Assembly: GCA_042577505.1 (NCBI GenBank)
Contig: JBHPEA010000003.1
Coordinates: 1 to 53,269 of the forward strand
Origin: Nanobdellota archaeon
GTDB lineage: Archaea > Nanobdellota > Nanobdellia > Woesearchaeales > JACQSR01
Length of the DNA stretch: 53,269 bases
Direction of reading: 5' to 3'
How positions within the stretch are numbered: position 1 is the first letter of the stretch; the number at the start of each line of letters is the position of its first letter. The notes below the pieces were generated by a model that saw only the letters and a program-made list of their open reading frames with translations, did not search any database and was not told the origin of the DNA. Positions 29,639 through 40,059 of the stretch are shown here, one piece after another. The position numbers were made by a program, and so were the translations under genes.

Positions 29639-30909
29639 AGAGAATAATTACACTGCTTATCATGTTTTTAGTTACTCTAACATCTGTAGCGGCGTTAGAA
29701 ATTAGTATCAACGATTTTGATCCCAAGCCTGCTGAAGCAGGTAAGGCTGTAAATGTCTGGTTCGAAATTGAAAATCCATCCAGTGACCCTGAAGATGGGG
29801 GCTATATTGAAATAATTCCAAAAGACGGACTTGAACTTACACCGGGTGAAGATACAGAAAAGAAAGTAGGAATCATTGGTGCTAGAAGTTCCCAAATAGT
29901 AAAATTTAGATTACTTGTCTCAGAAGACACATTCAAAGGTAGTCACAACATCGAAGCTAGATTAAAAAAAGATGGTTCATCCTTATCTAAAAAGGAACTC
30001 TCTATCGAAGTTACTGATAAAGATCTCAAAGAGGTAAATTTAGAAATTGGTGATATAGAATCAGATCCAACCCGAATTAAACCTGATGATGACAATGTAA
30101 AAATTGTTGTCACAATCCAAAACATCGGGGATGGAAGAGCACGGGGTGTTAAAGCTGTTCTAAAAAACCTACCAAAAGGAATAACCTTATCTGAAAGTTA
30201 CTCAGGCACCTCTCTTCTCGGAAATATCGAAGCTGATGGAACCAGCACTGCTACATTTTACATCGATGTAGACAAAACTGTTAATCCAAAAGAATACTTC
30301 GGAAATATTGAGATGACCTATAAATATAAACTATATGAGGATGAAGACGATTATATTTTCGAAGAAGAAATCGTCCCATTACAAATTGCAGTAAAACCAG
30401 TTCCACTCTACAATATTACGTTACTTGAAATAAGTCCAGGAAAATTGACAGCAGGAGATGATAATGTTAAACTTAGAATAACGATAGAAAATATTGGTGA
30501 AGAAGCGGGAGAATCTGTTAGATTAAAAGCATATGGAAAGACAGAGCAACCTTTTTCATTTGACAGAAGTTCTGATTTTATTGCCCCTACTCTCGATCCA
30601 GGTGAAATTGGCCAAGCGACTTTAGAATTTGACATTGACGAAGACGCAAATGTTCAGAAATACTATCTAGATATTGAAATAAAGAGTGTTGTTAATGATG
30701 ATGTAATTACATACAGCGAGAAATTACCAATAACTGTATCTTACCCTAGACCTAATAATCCATGGTGGCTTGTTGGTATTGGGATTATAATATTGGCAGG
30801 AGTCATAGTATATATCCTTCTAAGAAAAAGAAAGACAACAAAATCACCAAAGAAAGTTGAAGGTACTGTCGGTAAGAACTATTTGGATAAAATGAAACAG
30901 AAGAGGTGA
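29635..30909 (+). CDS. Secreted Ig-like repeat (COG1361/S-layer domain-like) protein with C-terminal TM anchor
   Basis: Signal peptide, three beta-sandwich repeats (IENP, IQNIGDG.A, IENIGEE.G), C-terminal TM plus basic tail; ATGA overlap with the RND gene. Confidence 0.8.
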   Translation: MKRIITLLIMFLVTLTSVAALEISINDFDPKPAEAGKAVNVWFEIENPSSDPEDGGYIEIIPKDGLELTPGEDTEKKVGIIGARSSQIVKFRLLVSEDTFKGSHNIEARLKKDGSSLSKKELSIEVTDKDLKEVNLEIGDIESDPTRIKPDDDNVKIVVTIQNIGDGRARGVKAVLKNLPKGITLSESYSGTSLLGNIEADGTSTATFYIDVDKTVNPKEYFGNIEMTYKYKLYEDEDDYIFEEEIVPLQIAVKPVPLYNITLLEISPGKLTAGDDNVKLRITIENIGEEAGESVRLKAYGKTEQPFSFDRSSDFIAPTLDPGEIGQATLEFDIDEDANVQKYYLDIEIKSVVNDDVITYSEKLPITVSYPRPNNPWWLVGIGIIILAGVIVYILLRKRKTTKSPKKVEGTVGKNYLDKMKQKR

Positions 30910-31502
30910 AAAAAATGGACTGGCAATCAATAAAAGGTAAAAAAATCATTTTTTTTGGGATGATCCCTATTGTTGTTTTACTTAATTATTTAACTGGGGT
31001 ATTATCAACTTACTTAGGGATCCCATTCTTTTTAGATACCTGGGCAACATCATTAGGAGTTATGGTTGCTGGTCTTGGAGTTGGATTAGCAGGTGGTGTT
31101 ATTTACAATATCGTCATGGCACTTACTGTTTGGGGATTCCCTGCATGGATTTGGGCTTTCTCAAATATTTGGATAGCAATTATAACATTCATATTGTGGA
31201 AAAGAAACCTAATCGACATAAGAAGACCTGGTGTTGTTTTATTATGTGGTATAATTATTGGGTTAACAAATTCTGTTGTTACAATCATAATTAAATTCTT
31301 TGCATTCGGAGGTTTACCTACTTATGCTGGAACAGAACCAACGTACGCAGCATTTCTGGCCTTAACAGGCAGCACAATTTTTGCAACTATAGGTGAACAC
31401 GTCACCACAGAACTAGCAGATAAAACTGTTTCAATATTTATCGCTGCAATAGTGTTATCATCGTTACCAAAAAAGTTTATATTAACAAAGAAACGTGATT
31501 AA
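30906..31502 (+). CDS. ECF transporter S-component-like membrane protein
   Basis: About 6 TM; PFFLDTWAT..AG..G..GG..N and LADKTVS resemble the FLDSIGT/DK-type S-components. Confidence 0.7.
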   Translation: MKKMDWQSIKGKKIIFFGMIPIVVLLNYLTGVLSTYLGIPFFLDTWATSLGVMVAGLGVGLAGGVIYNIVMALTVWGFPAWIWAFSNIWIAIITFILWKRNLIDIRRPGVVLLCGIIIGLTNSVVTIIIKFFAFGGLPTYAGTEPTYAAFLALTGSTIFATIGEHVTTELADKTVSIFIAAIVLSSLPKKFILTKKRD

Positions 31503-32199
31503 AATGGCATATGACTTTTTTAACGAAACGTTTATTGTTTTTGAGACAATAATTAGTCTAGTTATCGTAGTCTCATGTCTTTTAGTATACCTCAGAACTA
31601 GGGAATTATTCTCGTTAAGTTTACAAAAGGGAATAAAATATTTCAGTAATGCTTATCTTCTTTTCACGATTTGTTTCACAGTCAGATACGTACTAAATGC
31701 ATTTACATTTTTCTCAAACATTTTTGAAACTTTACCTTCTTTTGCATTGTTTCTAAGATTCATAATTTACTTTACAGCATCCTTAGGAGGATTTTACCTT
31801 GCGTACAGCATAATGTGGAGGAAATTTGAAAGTGATTTCTCTAAAAGGATTAATCTTTTCAGAAACTTATTTTTCATTATCGCAGCGATCTTGATATCAC
31901 TTATCGAACTTTACTTATTATTAGCCCATGGTATTGATGAACCATTTGTATTTCTGATAACTATGATGGTATTACTACTATCAGCAATATTAGTGAACTG
32001 CAAGCAATTCCATTGTTATACAAAAAAAGTTACAAATCCATTTGTATCGACAGTGGGTCTTGGATTCGGAATATTTTTTGCAATTTTTTTAGGGACTCTT
32101 TTATTCCCAATTATACCAACTGCCCATTTTTACATTTGGGGTATTGTAACAATTTTCTTTGTGACTGCAACTAATAACGTGTTGAAATATTCAAAATGA
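31495..32199 (+). CDS. 7-TM membrane protein of unknown function
   Basis: Seven hydrophobic segments; polar loop RTRELFSLSLQKGIKYF after TM1; no soluble domain. Confidence 0.72.
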   Translation: MIKMAYDFFNETFIVFETIISLVIVVSCLLVYLRTRELFSLSLQKGIKYFSNAYLLFTICFTVRYVLNAFTFFSNIFETLPSFALFLRFIIYFTASLGGFYLAYSIMWRKFESDFSKRINLFRNLFFIIAAILISLIELYLLLAHGIDEPFVFLITMMVLLLSAILVNCKQFHCYTKKVTNPFVSTVGLGFGIFFAIFLGTLLFPIIPTAHFYIWGIVTIFFVTATNNVLKYSK

Positions 32200-33197
32200 C
32201 AAAAGTAATAACCACCGCATCATTCCGAGGAGGAACTGGAAAATCAACAATAATTTGCAATCTTTCAAGCTACTTATCTTCTTTAGGAATGAAGGTAATC
32301 TTAATTGACGCAGATATTATTAGCCCGGGTGTTCATGCCATATTTGGATTAGATCATTCTAATTTCTCAAAGACTCTTACTGATTACTTGGAAGGGAATG
32401 CAGATATTAACGATATTGTGTATGATATCTCATCAAATATTAATTTAGCTGAAGAAACACTATTCCTTGTACCTTCATCTATTTCACAAGGAGACATTGC
32501 AAACTTATTATTAAACAAACACAGCGTTAAACTTTCAAAAGTAATATCCAATTTATCAAAAAAATACAATCCTGATTTCATTTTTGTTGATACTCACCCA
32601 GGTATTAATGAAGATATGTTAGTAATATCTGGATCCACAGATATTTTATTTAATGTTGTAAGACCTGATAACCAAGATTACCAGGGATTAGAGGTTTCCT
32701 CCAATATTTCAAAGAAATTAGGAGTCACTTCTTTCGTTATACTAAACAAAGTTCATCCAAAGATGAATAGAAACAAACTAATTTCCAATGTTAAAAGTGC
32801 ATTTAAGATCCCTGTTGCTGGAGCATTACCTTTTTCAGATGATTTAATGCTCTCTCAAAGCCAATATGTATTCTCTGATGAACACCCTGACCATGCATTA
32901 AGTAATGAAATAAGAAATATTGCAGATCGGGTCTTCAATATTAGGCCAAAAAAACATTTAGAAATAATGCATGAGATACTTGAAGTTACGTCCAAGGGGA
33001 TTTCCCCAGAAAAATTCGATTCAAAACAAAGATCCTCAAATAAATATCAAAAATATACCAACGATTTAATAAAAAGGGGATTTATAAATATAGTTACGCC
33101 AAATGGAAAAAAGCTCCTAAAAACTTCATCAAAAGGTCAAAAATATTTAAAAAAATATAAAATTATTAGAAAATTTGTTGATAATTTCAGATTGTAA
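32196..33197 (+). CDS. MinD/ParA-family ATPase fused to a C-terminal winged-helix domain
   Basis: Deviant Walker A SFRGGTGKS, IDAD..SPG.H, DTHPG, RPD.QD.QG, NK. The last ~80 aa (LEIMHEIL..KYTNDLIKRGFI..TSSKGQKYL) are wHTH-like. Confidence 0.82.
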   Translation: MTKVITTASFRGGTGKSTIICNLSSYLSSLGMKVILIDADIISPGVHAIFGLDHSNFSKTLTDYLEGNADINDIVYDISSNINLAEETLFLVPSSISQGDIANLLLNKHSVKLSKVISNLSKKYNPDFIFVDTHPGINEDMLVISGSTDILFNVVRPDNQDYQGLEVSSNISKKLGVTSFVILNKVHPKMNRNKLISNVKSAFKIPVAGALPFSDDLMLSQSQYVFSDEHPDHALSNEIRNIADRVFNIRPKKHLEIMHEILEVTSKGISPEKFDSKQRSSNKYQKYTNDLIKRGFINIVTPNGKKLLKTSSKGQKYLKKYKIIRKFVDNFRL

Positions 33198-33244
33198 CTA
33201 AACCAAAAAACTTATAAACCACCCACTACTTCTACTAGTTTTTA

Positions 33245-34336
33245 ATGGAAGAAAATACCATTAAAGCGAAGTTGATTTTGGAGGACGGTTCTGTTTTCTA
33301 CGGTTTTTCATTTGGTTCAAATGTTTCAATTGCTGGAGAAGTAGTTTTCAATACAGGTATGGTTGGTTACCCCGAAACTCTAACAGATCCCTCTTATCGA
33401 GGACAAATTCTCACATTAACTTACCCACTTATTGGTAACTATGGTATTCCCTCTGACAAAACAGACAATAACTTGAAAGAATTCTTTGAATCAGATAAAA
33501 TCCAAATTTATGGACTTATAATATCAGATTATTCTTTCGATCCGAGCCACTGGAATAAAGATAAAACACTCTCTGAATGGTTAAAAGAGCAGAATATCCC
33601 CGCATTATATGGAATTGACACTAGAGAGCTTACTAAAAAACTTCGTTCAAAAGGAACAATGCTTGGTCGTATTGAAATTGAAGAAAAAATCAAGAATGAT
33701 GATCCTAATGAAAGAAATCTTGTTGCTGAAGTCTCATGTGAGGAAAAAGTAATTTATGGCAATGGAAAAAAGAAAATTGTCCTTGTAGATTGTGGCCTTA
33801 AAAATAACATTATAAGATGCCTTCTCAAAAGAAACGTCCAAGTTATTAGAGTTCCATGGGATTACGATTTCACCAAAGAAAATCCAGACGGAATAATGAT
33901 TTCAAACGGCCCTGGAGATCCTAAAAAAGCAAAAGCAACTATTAAGAATGTTCAAAAAGCAATGGAAAATGGAACTCCTATTTTCGGAATATGCATGGGT
34001 AACCAAATTCTTGCTCTTGCAGCAGGTGCAGATACATATAAACTTAAATTTGGGCATAGGAGTCAAAACCAACCTTGCGTTTTAGCTAATTCAAAACGTT
34101 GTTTTATTACTTCCCAGAACCATGGGTACGCTGTTGATGGAAAAAGTCTTCCAAAAGATTGGGAAGAATGGTTCATAAATTCAAATGATGGAACTAATGA
34201 GGGTATTAGACACAAAACAAAACCTTTTTTCTCTGTCCAGTTTCATCCAGAAGCTACTCCTGGACCAGTTGACACAGAATTTCTATTTGATGAATTCATT
34301 AAGGTGATTAAGAATGGGGGGTCATATAAAACATGA
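33245..34336 (+). CDS. carA: Carbamoyl-phosphate synthase small subunit
   Basis: GEVVFNTGMVGY, TDPSY, SNGPGDP, GICMGNQ, SQNHG, QFHPEA. Confidence 0.97.
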   Translation: MEENTIKAKLILEDGSVFYGFSFGSNVSIAGEVVFNTGMVGYPETLTDPSYRGQILTLTYPLIGNYGIPSDKTDNNLKEFFESDKIQIYGLIISDYSFDPSHWNKDKTLSEWLKEQNIPALYGIDTRELTKKLRSKGTMLGRIEIEEKIKNDDPNERNLVAEVSCEEKVIYGNGKKKIVLVDCGLKNNIIRCLLKRNVQVIRVPWDYDFTKENPDGIMISNGPGDPKKAKATIKNVQKAMENGTPIFGICMGNQILALAAGADTYKLKFGHRSQNQPCVLANSKRCFITSQNHGYAVDGKSLPKDWEEWFINSNDGTNEGIRHKTKPFFSVQFHPEATPGPVDTEFLFDEFIKVIKNGGSYKT

Positions 34337-37300
34337 AACCTAAAAAAGTTTTATTGTTGGGATCTGGAGCACTTAAAATAGGTGAGGCTGGTGAATTTGA
34401 TTATTCTGGATCTCAAGCTATCAAAGCCCTAAAGGAAGAAGATAAGAAAATAATTTTAATTAATCCAAACATTGCAACAATTCAAACATCAGAAGGATTT
34501 GCAGATAAAGTCTATTTTCTTCCCGTTAACCCTTATTTTGTAGAAGAAGTAATCAAGAAAGAAAAGCCAGATAGCATCCTTCTCCAATTCGGTGGTCAAA
34601 CAGCATTAAATTGTGGTCTAGAACTAGAGAAATGTGGGATTTTGAAAAAATATAAAATAAAAGTCCTGGGAACACAAGTCAAAACAATCCAAGATACTGA
34701 AGATAGAAATTTATTTGTAAAAAGATTATCAGAAATAGGGATTGTTACAACAACTTCAAAAGCAGTTAATAATGTTAAAGACGCAATAAAAGTAGCAGAA
34801 AAAATAAAATACCCTGTAATGATTCGTGCTGGATTTGCATTGGGTGGTAAAGGTTCTGGAATTGCAATATCAAGATCTGAACTAGAAGAAATTGCAAAGC
34901 AGGCTCTTTCAGATACAAGCCAAATTCTAATTGAAAAATATCTCGGTGGATGGAAAGAAATTGAATATGAAGTGGTTAGAGATGCTTTTGATAATTGCAT
35001 TACAGTATGTAACATGGAAAACTTTGATCCAATGGGAATCCATACAGGTGAAAGTATTGTAATAGCACCCTCACAAACATTAACAAATTCAGAGTATCAT
35101 AAACTTAGAGAGATTTCAATCAGAGTAATCCGGCATCTAGGAATAATTGGTGAATGTAATATTCAGTTTGCATTAAATCCCCATTCTGAAGAATATGCAG
35201 TAATAGAAGTAAACGCAAGACTTTCAAGATCAAGCGCATTAGCATCAAAAGCTACTGGATACCCATTAGCTTTCATTGCTTGCAAATTAGCACTCGGTTA
35301 CTCATTAACCGAATTGAAAAATTCCATTACAAAATCTACGATTGCCTGTTTCGAACCTGCATTAGATTATTGTGTTGTAAAAATACCCAGGTGGGATCTC
35401 AATAAATTCAGTCGTGTCTCAAAAAAAATCAGTTCTGAAATGAAATCAGTTGGAGAGGTAATGAGTATAGGAAGAAAATTCGAAGAAGCTCTACAAAAAG
35501 CAATTAGAATGCTTGGAAAAGGTATGAATGGTATTGTAGCTAACGAATTAAAAATTGATGATATTAGATCTGAATTAAAAAATCCAACAGATGAAAGAGT
35601 TTTTGCAGTAGCCGAAGCACTAAATCAAAATATCCCAATCAAGGAAATCCATGAATTAAGCGGAATCGATCCATGGTTCATCCACAAAATAAATAATATC
35701 AATGAGATATCAAAAAAACTGAAAGGTGAACTTACACCTGACTTGATTAGGCAAGCTAAACAACATGGTTACTCAGATAATCAAATAGCTATAATTAGGG
35801 GTTCTTTAGAATCAGACATTAGAAAGATAAGAGAGAAATTTAATATTCACCCCTATATTAAACAAATAGACACACTAGCTGCAGAGTATCCCGCTAAAAC
35901 AAATTATCTTTACGTAACTTACAATGGAAGTAGAGATGACGTAAATTTTGACGAAACTAATAAAATCATTGTTCTAGGTTCAGGTGCATACTCAATAGGA
36001 TCATCTGTTGAATTCGATTGGTGTTGTGTTAATTCTGCGGTTACACTAAAAAATCTTGGCTACACCACAATCATGATAAACTATAATCCTGAAACTGTTA
36101 GCACTGATTACGATATCTGCAACAAATTATATTTTGATGAATTATCACTTGAAACTATAATCGAGATTTACAAAAAAGAATCTCCAATAGGTATTATTGT
36201 TTCTGTAGGAGGCCAAATTCCTAACAACTTAGCAAAAAAATTGGCAGACGTCGGAATAAATATCATCGGTACATCACCAGATTCTATAGATCGTGCAGAA
36301 AATCGCCATAAATTCTCGGCTTTACTTGATAGCTTAAACATCGATCAACCGGATTGGAATGAATTGATAGACCCTCAACAAGCATTAAAATTCTCTAAAA
36401 AAGTAGGATTCCCTGTTTTAGTAAGACCCTCTTATGTATTAAGTGGTGCTGCAATGAATGTCGCGGTTAATGAAAAAGAATTAACTGGATACCTTAAAGC
36501 AGCTACGAAAATATCTAAAGAATATCCAGTAGTAATATCGAAATTTATAACAGGAGCAAAAGAGATTGAATTTGATGGTGTTGCAAATAATGGGCAATTG
36601 ATGCTCTACGCAATCTCTGAACATATAGAAAACGCAGGTGTACATTCAGGAGACGCGACTCTTGTCTATCCTGCCCAGCGAACTTATTTGGAAACTACAA
36701 GAAAAATTAAAAAGATTGCAAGGGAGATTTGTGGATCGCTAAATATAAGTGGACCCTTCAATATCCAATTCATTGCTAAAGACAATCAAATAAAAGTAAT
36801 CGAATGCAACCTTAGAGCCTCTAGAAGTTTTCCCTTCGTTTCAAAAATATTAAAAGTAAATTTTATTGATTATGCCACAAAAGTAATGGTCGATTCACCA
36901 CTCCCAAAAATTGATAAGAACGCATTCGAACTAGAATATGTAGGTGTCAAATCGCCCCAATTCTCATTTTCAAGGCTAAGGGGCGCTGATCCAATAACTT
37001 CAGTTGAAATGGCCTCAACTGGAGAAGTAGCATGCTTAAGTTATGATGTAAGGGGGGCTTATTTGAAATCTATTTTATCAACTGGTATGAAACTTCCAAA
37101 AAAGAACGTCTTGTTATCAATTGGAGGCGATCAAAATAAACATGGATTCCTCAAATACGTACAAAGATTAGTTGAAAGCAATTTCAATATTTTTGCAACT
37201 GAGCATACTTCAATTTTTTTAAGAAGAAATGGAATATGGAATACGATGGTTTACAAAGCTCATAATACCCATAAAAAGAATAATATAATCAATATGATCT

Positions 37301-37506
37301 CTTCAGGAGAAATCGGTCTTGCAATTCTTATTCCTGATAATCTCAATACAAATGGATTACAAGATGAATACCTAATAAGGAGAAAAAGCGTTGATTTCGC
37401 AATCCCATTAATTACAAATTTTCAAATCGCTAAATTATTCGTAAATGCCCTTGTTTATGAAAAAGGGAAAGGTTTTGAAATAAAAAGTTGGGATGAATAT
37501 GAATAA
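34333..37506 (+). CDS. carB: Carbamoyl-phosphate synthase large subunit
   Basis: GEFDYSG, two ATP-grasp folds (FALGG.GSG, RPSYVLSG), GIHTGES, GVHSGD, C-terminal MGS domain. Confidence 0.97.
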   Translation: MKPKKVLLLGSGALKIGEAGEFDYSGSQAIKALKEEDKKIILINPNIATIQTSEGFADKVYFLPVNPYFVEEVIKKEKPDSILLQFGGQTALNCGLELEKCGILKKYKIKVLGTQVKTIQDTEDRNLFVKRLSEIGIVTTTSKAVNNVKDAIKVAEKIKYPVMIRAGFALGGKGSGIAISRSELEEIAKQALSDTSQILIEKYLGGWKEIEYEVVRDAFDNCITVCNMENFDPMGIHTGESIVIAPSQTLTNSEYHKLREISIRVIRHLGIIGECNIQFALNPHSEEYAVIEVNARLSRSSALASKATGYPLAFIACKLALGYSLTELKNSITKSTIACFEPALDYCVVKIPRWDLNKFSRVSKKISSEMKSVGEVMSIGRKFEEALQKAIRMLGKGMNGIVANELKIDDIRSELKNPTDERVFAVAEALNQNIPIKEIHELSGIDPWFIHKINNINEISKKLKGELTPDLIRQAKQHGYSDNQIAIIRGSLESDIRKIREKFNIHPYIKQIDTLAAEYPAKTNYLYVTYNGSRDDVNFDETNKIIVLGSGAYSIGSSVEFDWCCVNSAVTLKNLGYTTIMINYNPETVSTDYDICNKLYFDELSLETIIEIYKKESPIGIIVSVGGQIPNNLAKKLADVGINIIGTSPDSIDRAENRHKFSALLDSLNIDQPDWNELIDPQQALKFSKKVGFPVLVRPSYVLSGAAMNVAVNEKELTGYLKAATKISKEYPVVISKFITGAKEIEFDGVANNGQLMLYAISEHIENAGVHSGDATLVYPAQRTYLETTRKIKKIAREICGSLNISGPFNIQFIAKDNQIKVIECNLRASRSFPFVSKILKVNFIDYATKVMVDSPLPKIDKNAFELEYVGVKSPQFSFSRLRGADPITSVEMASTGEVACLSYDVRGAYLKSILSTGMKLPKKNVLLSIGGDQNKHGFLKYVQRLVESNFNIFATEHTSIFLRRNGIWNTMVYKAHNTHKKNNIINMISSGEIGLAILIPDNLNTNGLQDEYLIRRKSVDFAIPLITNFQIAKLFVNALVYEKGKGFEIKSWDEYE

Positions 37507-37544
37507 ACAAAAAGCTTATAAATATTAAAATGAAAAAAACAAAT

Positions 37545-38456
37545 ATGAACTTTAAAGGAAGAGACATCATATCCATCCGTGACCTTTCTAAAAGTGATAT
37601 GATTCATATTTTAAAGACGGCCGAAAAATTTGATGGGAAGAAACACAAGCCCATTCTAAATGATAAGGTAGTAGCGAGTCTCTTCTTCGAACCTTCTACT
37701 AGAACAAGATTAAGTTTTGAAAGCGCTGCTTCGCAATTAGGTGCAAAAGTTATAGGCTTCTCAGATGCCCAATCAACTTCAGTAAAAAAGGGAGAAACTG
37801 TCTGGGATACCATAAAAATGGTAGAACAGTACTCCGATTGTATTGTCATGAGAAATCCTATAGAAGGATCAGCAAGATTAGCATCAGATGCATCTTCTGT
37901 CCCAATTGTTAATGCAGGCGACGGTGCAAACCAACATCCCACTCAAACATTAATGGATCTTTATACAATTAAAAAAGCGAAAGGAAAAATTGATGGTTTA
38001 AAGATAGGTTTTGTTGGTGATTTAAAATATGGTAGGACAGTCCATTCTTTAGCTTTAGCATTAAGTCATTTTAACGTAAAGTTGTGCTTTATCTCACCTA
38101 AGGCTCTTGAAATGCCTTCAGAGTACCTTAGGGAGTTAGATGATAAAGGAATCCAGTATATAGAAGTTGAAAAGATCGAGAAAGTTGCTAAGGAATTAGA
38201 TGTAATGTATGTTACAAGAATCCAAGGAGAAAGATTCCCAGATCCACTTGAATATGAAAGATATAAAGGAGTTTACCGAATTGATAAAAATATTGTAGAT
38301 AACTCAAAGAAAGGAATGATAGTAATGCATCCATTACCAAGAGTTGACGAAATTGCTACTGATGTCGATCCCCTCCCAAATGCTTGGTATTTCAAACAAG
38401 CTAAAAATGGGATCCCAGTTAGAAAGGCTATACTATCACTGGTGATTGGCTTATGA
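37545..38456 (+). CDS. pyrB: Aspartate carbamoyltransferase catalytic subunit
   Basis: FFEPSTRTRLSF, HPTQ, GDLKYGRT, MHPLPR. Start taken at the second Met, 21 nt after CTTATAAAT. Confidence 0.97.
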   Translation: MNFKGRDIISIRDLSKSDMIHILKTAEKFDGKKHKPILNDKVVASLFFEPSTRTRLSFESAASQLGAKVIGFSDAQSTSVKKGETVWDTIKMVEQYSDCIVMRNPIEGSARLASDASSVPIVNAGDGANQHPTQTLMDLYTIKKAKGKIDGLKIGFVGDLKYGRTVHSLALALSHFNVKLCFISPKALEMPSEYLRELDDKGIQYIEVEKIEKVAKELDVMYVTRIQGERFPDPLEYERYKGVYRIDKNIVDNSKKGMIVMHPLPRVDEIATDVDPLPNAWYFKQAKNGIPVRKAILSLVIGL

Positions 38457-38902
38457 AAGAACAAAAAATTCCTGCACTTAAAGAAGGAACTGCAATAGAC
38501 CACATCCCTAGTGATAGGACCCCAAAAGTATTACAAATTCTTAATCTATCAAAAATCGATGATTTTGTCTCAATCGGCATGAATCTAAAATCAAAACAAA
38601 TGGGAACAAAAGGTATTATTAAAATTGCAAATAGGCTACTGACACAATCACAGTTGGACAAACTCTCAGTAATTGCTCCTGGTTCGACAGTTAATATAAT
38701 TTCAGATTATAATGTTAAGAAAAAAATCATAGTAAAAATGCAGGATAAAATCAAGAAAGTCATGAAGTGTCCCAACCCAAGCTGTATAACTAATGCTGAA
38801 GAAGTCATAACGGTATTCGACGTAAAGGATAAAGAACCTCTACAGGTCAGATGTAGGTTCTGTGAAAGAATGTTTGGGATTAAAGAGATAATTCTGAAAT
38901 AA
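38453..38902 (+). CDS. pyrI: Aspartate carbamoyltransferase regulatory subunit
   Basis: GTAIDHI; Zn site CPNPSCIT..CRFCE. Confidence 0.96.
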   Translation: MKEQKIPALKEGTAIDHIPSDRTPKVLQILNLSKIDDFVSIGMNLKSKQMGTKGIIKIANRLLTQSQLDKLSVIAPGSTVNIISDYNVKKKIIVKMQDKIKKVMKCPNPSCITNAEEVITVFDVKDKEPLQVRCRFCERMFGIKEIILK

Positions 38903-39976
38903 TTAATACTTAATTAGTTTACCATCAACTTCTATTTTAGGGTGTCTAAAAACATGATCATAGTGAGTAATAGTTTTTATTGGTCCACCAAACCAATAAT
39001 TAGAACCTATCGCAATGTGAGCAGTACCAGACGCTTTTTCATCTAAAACAGTGGCACCCAAACATTTTGCTGACTTATTTATTCCAATTCCAAACTCTGA
39101 AATTTTTGTAATATTCTCAGGATATTTAGCTCTTGATTCCGCCCATGCTATTGTGTCCTTTAAATACAAACCTTCTGGACTCCCCGCCATCTTTACCAAG
39201 TTCCCATTTTCTATAAACATAGTAACAGGTTTTTTCAATAATATTGTACCTTCCCTATAACACAAAGATACATCTACTACAACTTTACCACTCACATTTT
39301 CTTTTCCATTTGGTGCGATATAGACTTCACCACAAGGCATATTACCACCTTTCCCTGCAGTTTTATAATCTCCCGTATTTGAAATTGCACTGGACCCCTC
39401 GATGTTAATTCTAAGGTTGGTACCAGCTTTAGTTGTAACCCTTATTTCATTTCCATTATCAAGAATTTCCTTTAACTTAGCTCCTCTTTTTTGAATATCT
39501 TCATAATCAATATCAATTGCTTTTACTAAATCGCCAAATTGACTTGTTTCGATACAGCCCAAACTTGGTGCAGACATGAATCTATGACTATGAGATTTAA
39601 CAAATCTCCTAAAACTACTCCCTAATTTACCCATTTCACCTAATCTGCTTGATAAAAACAATAATATTATGCTATTTTCTTTTAGACTCCCCATCGCGTC
39701 GACTATTTTCTCATGAGCTTTTTGACCTGAAATAGTTGGATTTTGTAAAAAAAGATCAACATTAAGATTAAGATTCCTTCCTGCTAGATAAAAACTCGTT
39801 GCAATTAGTGGTGATACTAACCTATTAGACGCACCAACATCACCGATAATTAAAATCTTTTCTTTTTGTGGAGTGAGACACTCTTGATACACTCTCTCAC
39901 AAACTTTTACACTTTTTTTAGCCATATCAATAATGGCATGCCTCTCAAGAAACCTTCTAACCTGATCGCTTAACAT
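38903..39976 (-). CDS. M29-like (aminopeptidase T/leucyl) metallo-aminopeptidase
   Basis: GNMPCGEVYIAP, EFGIGIN, DEK..GTAHIAIGSN..FGG..HYD. Confidence 0.8.
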   Translation of the reverse strand: MLSDQVRRFLERHAIIDMAKKSVKVCERVYQECLTPQKEKILIIGDVGASNRLVSPLIATSFYLAGRNLNLNVDLFLQNPTISGQKAHEKIVDAMGSLKENSIILLFLSSRLGEMGKLGSSFRRFVKSHSHRFMSAPSLGCIETSQFGDLVKAIDIDYEDIQKRGAKLKEILDNGNEIRVTTKAGTNLRINIEGSSAISNTGDYKTAGKGGNMPCGEVYIAPNGKENVSGKVVVDVSLCYREGTILLKKPVTMFIENGNLVKMAGSPEGLYLKDTIAWAESRAKYPENITKISEFGIGINKSAKCLGATVLDEKASGTAHIAIGSNYWFGGPIKTITHYDHVFRHPKIEVDGKLIKY

Positions 39977-40059
39977 GATGTTAGATCAAGAAAAAATCAG
40001 TTTAAATACTTTTCTTTTTATACAAAAATCTTTATATAATGTTATACCTTCATGATAAT

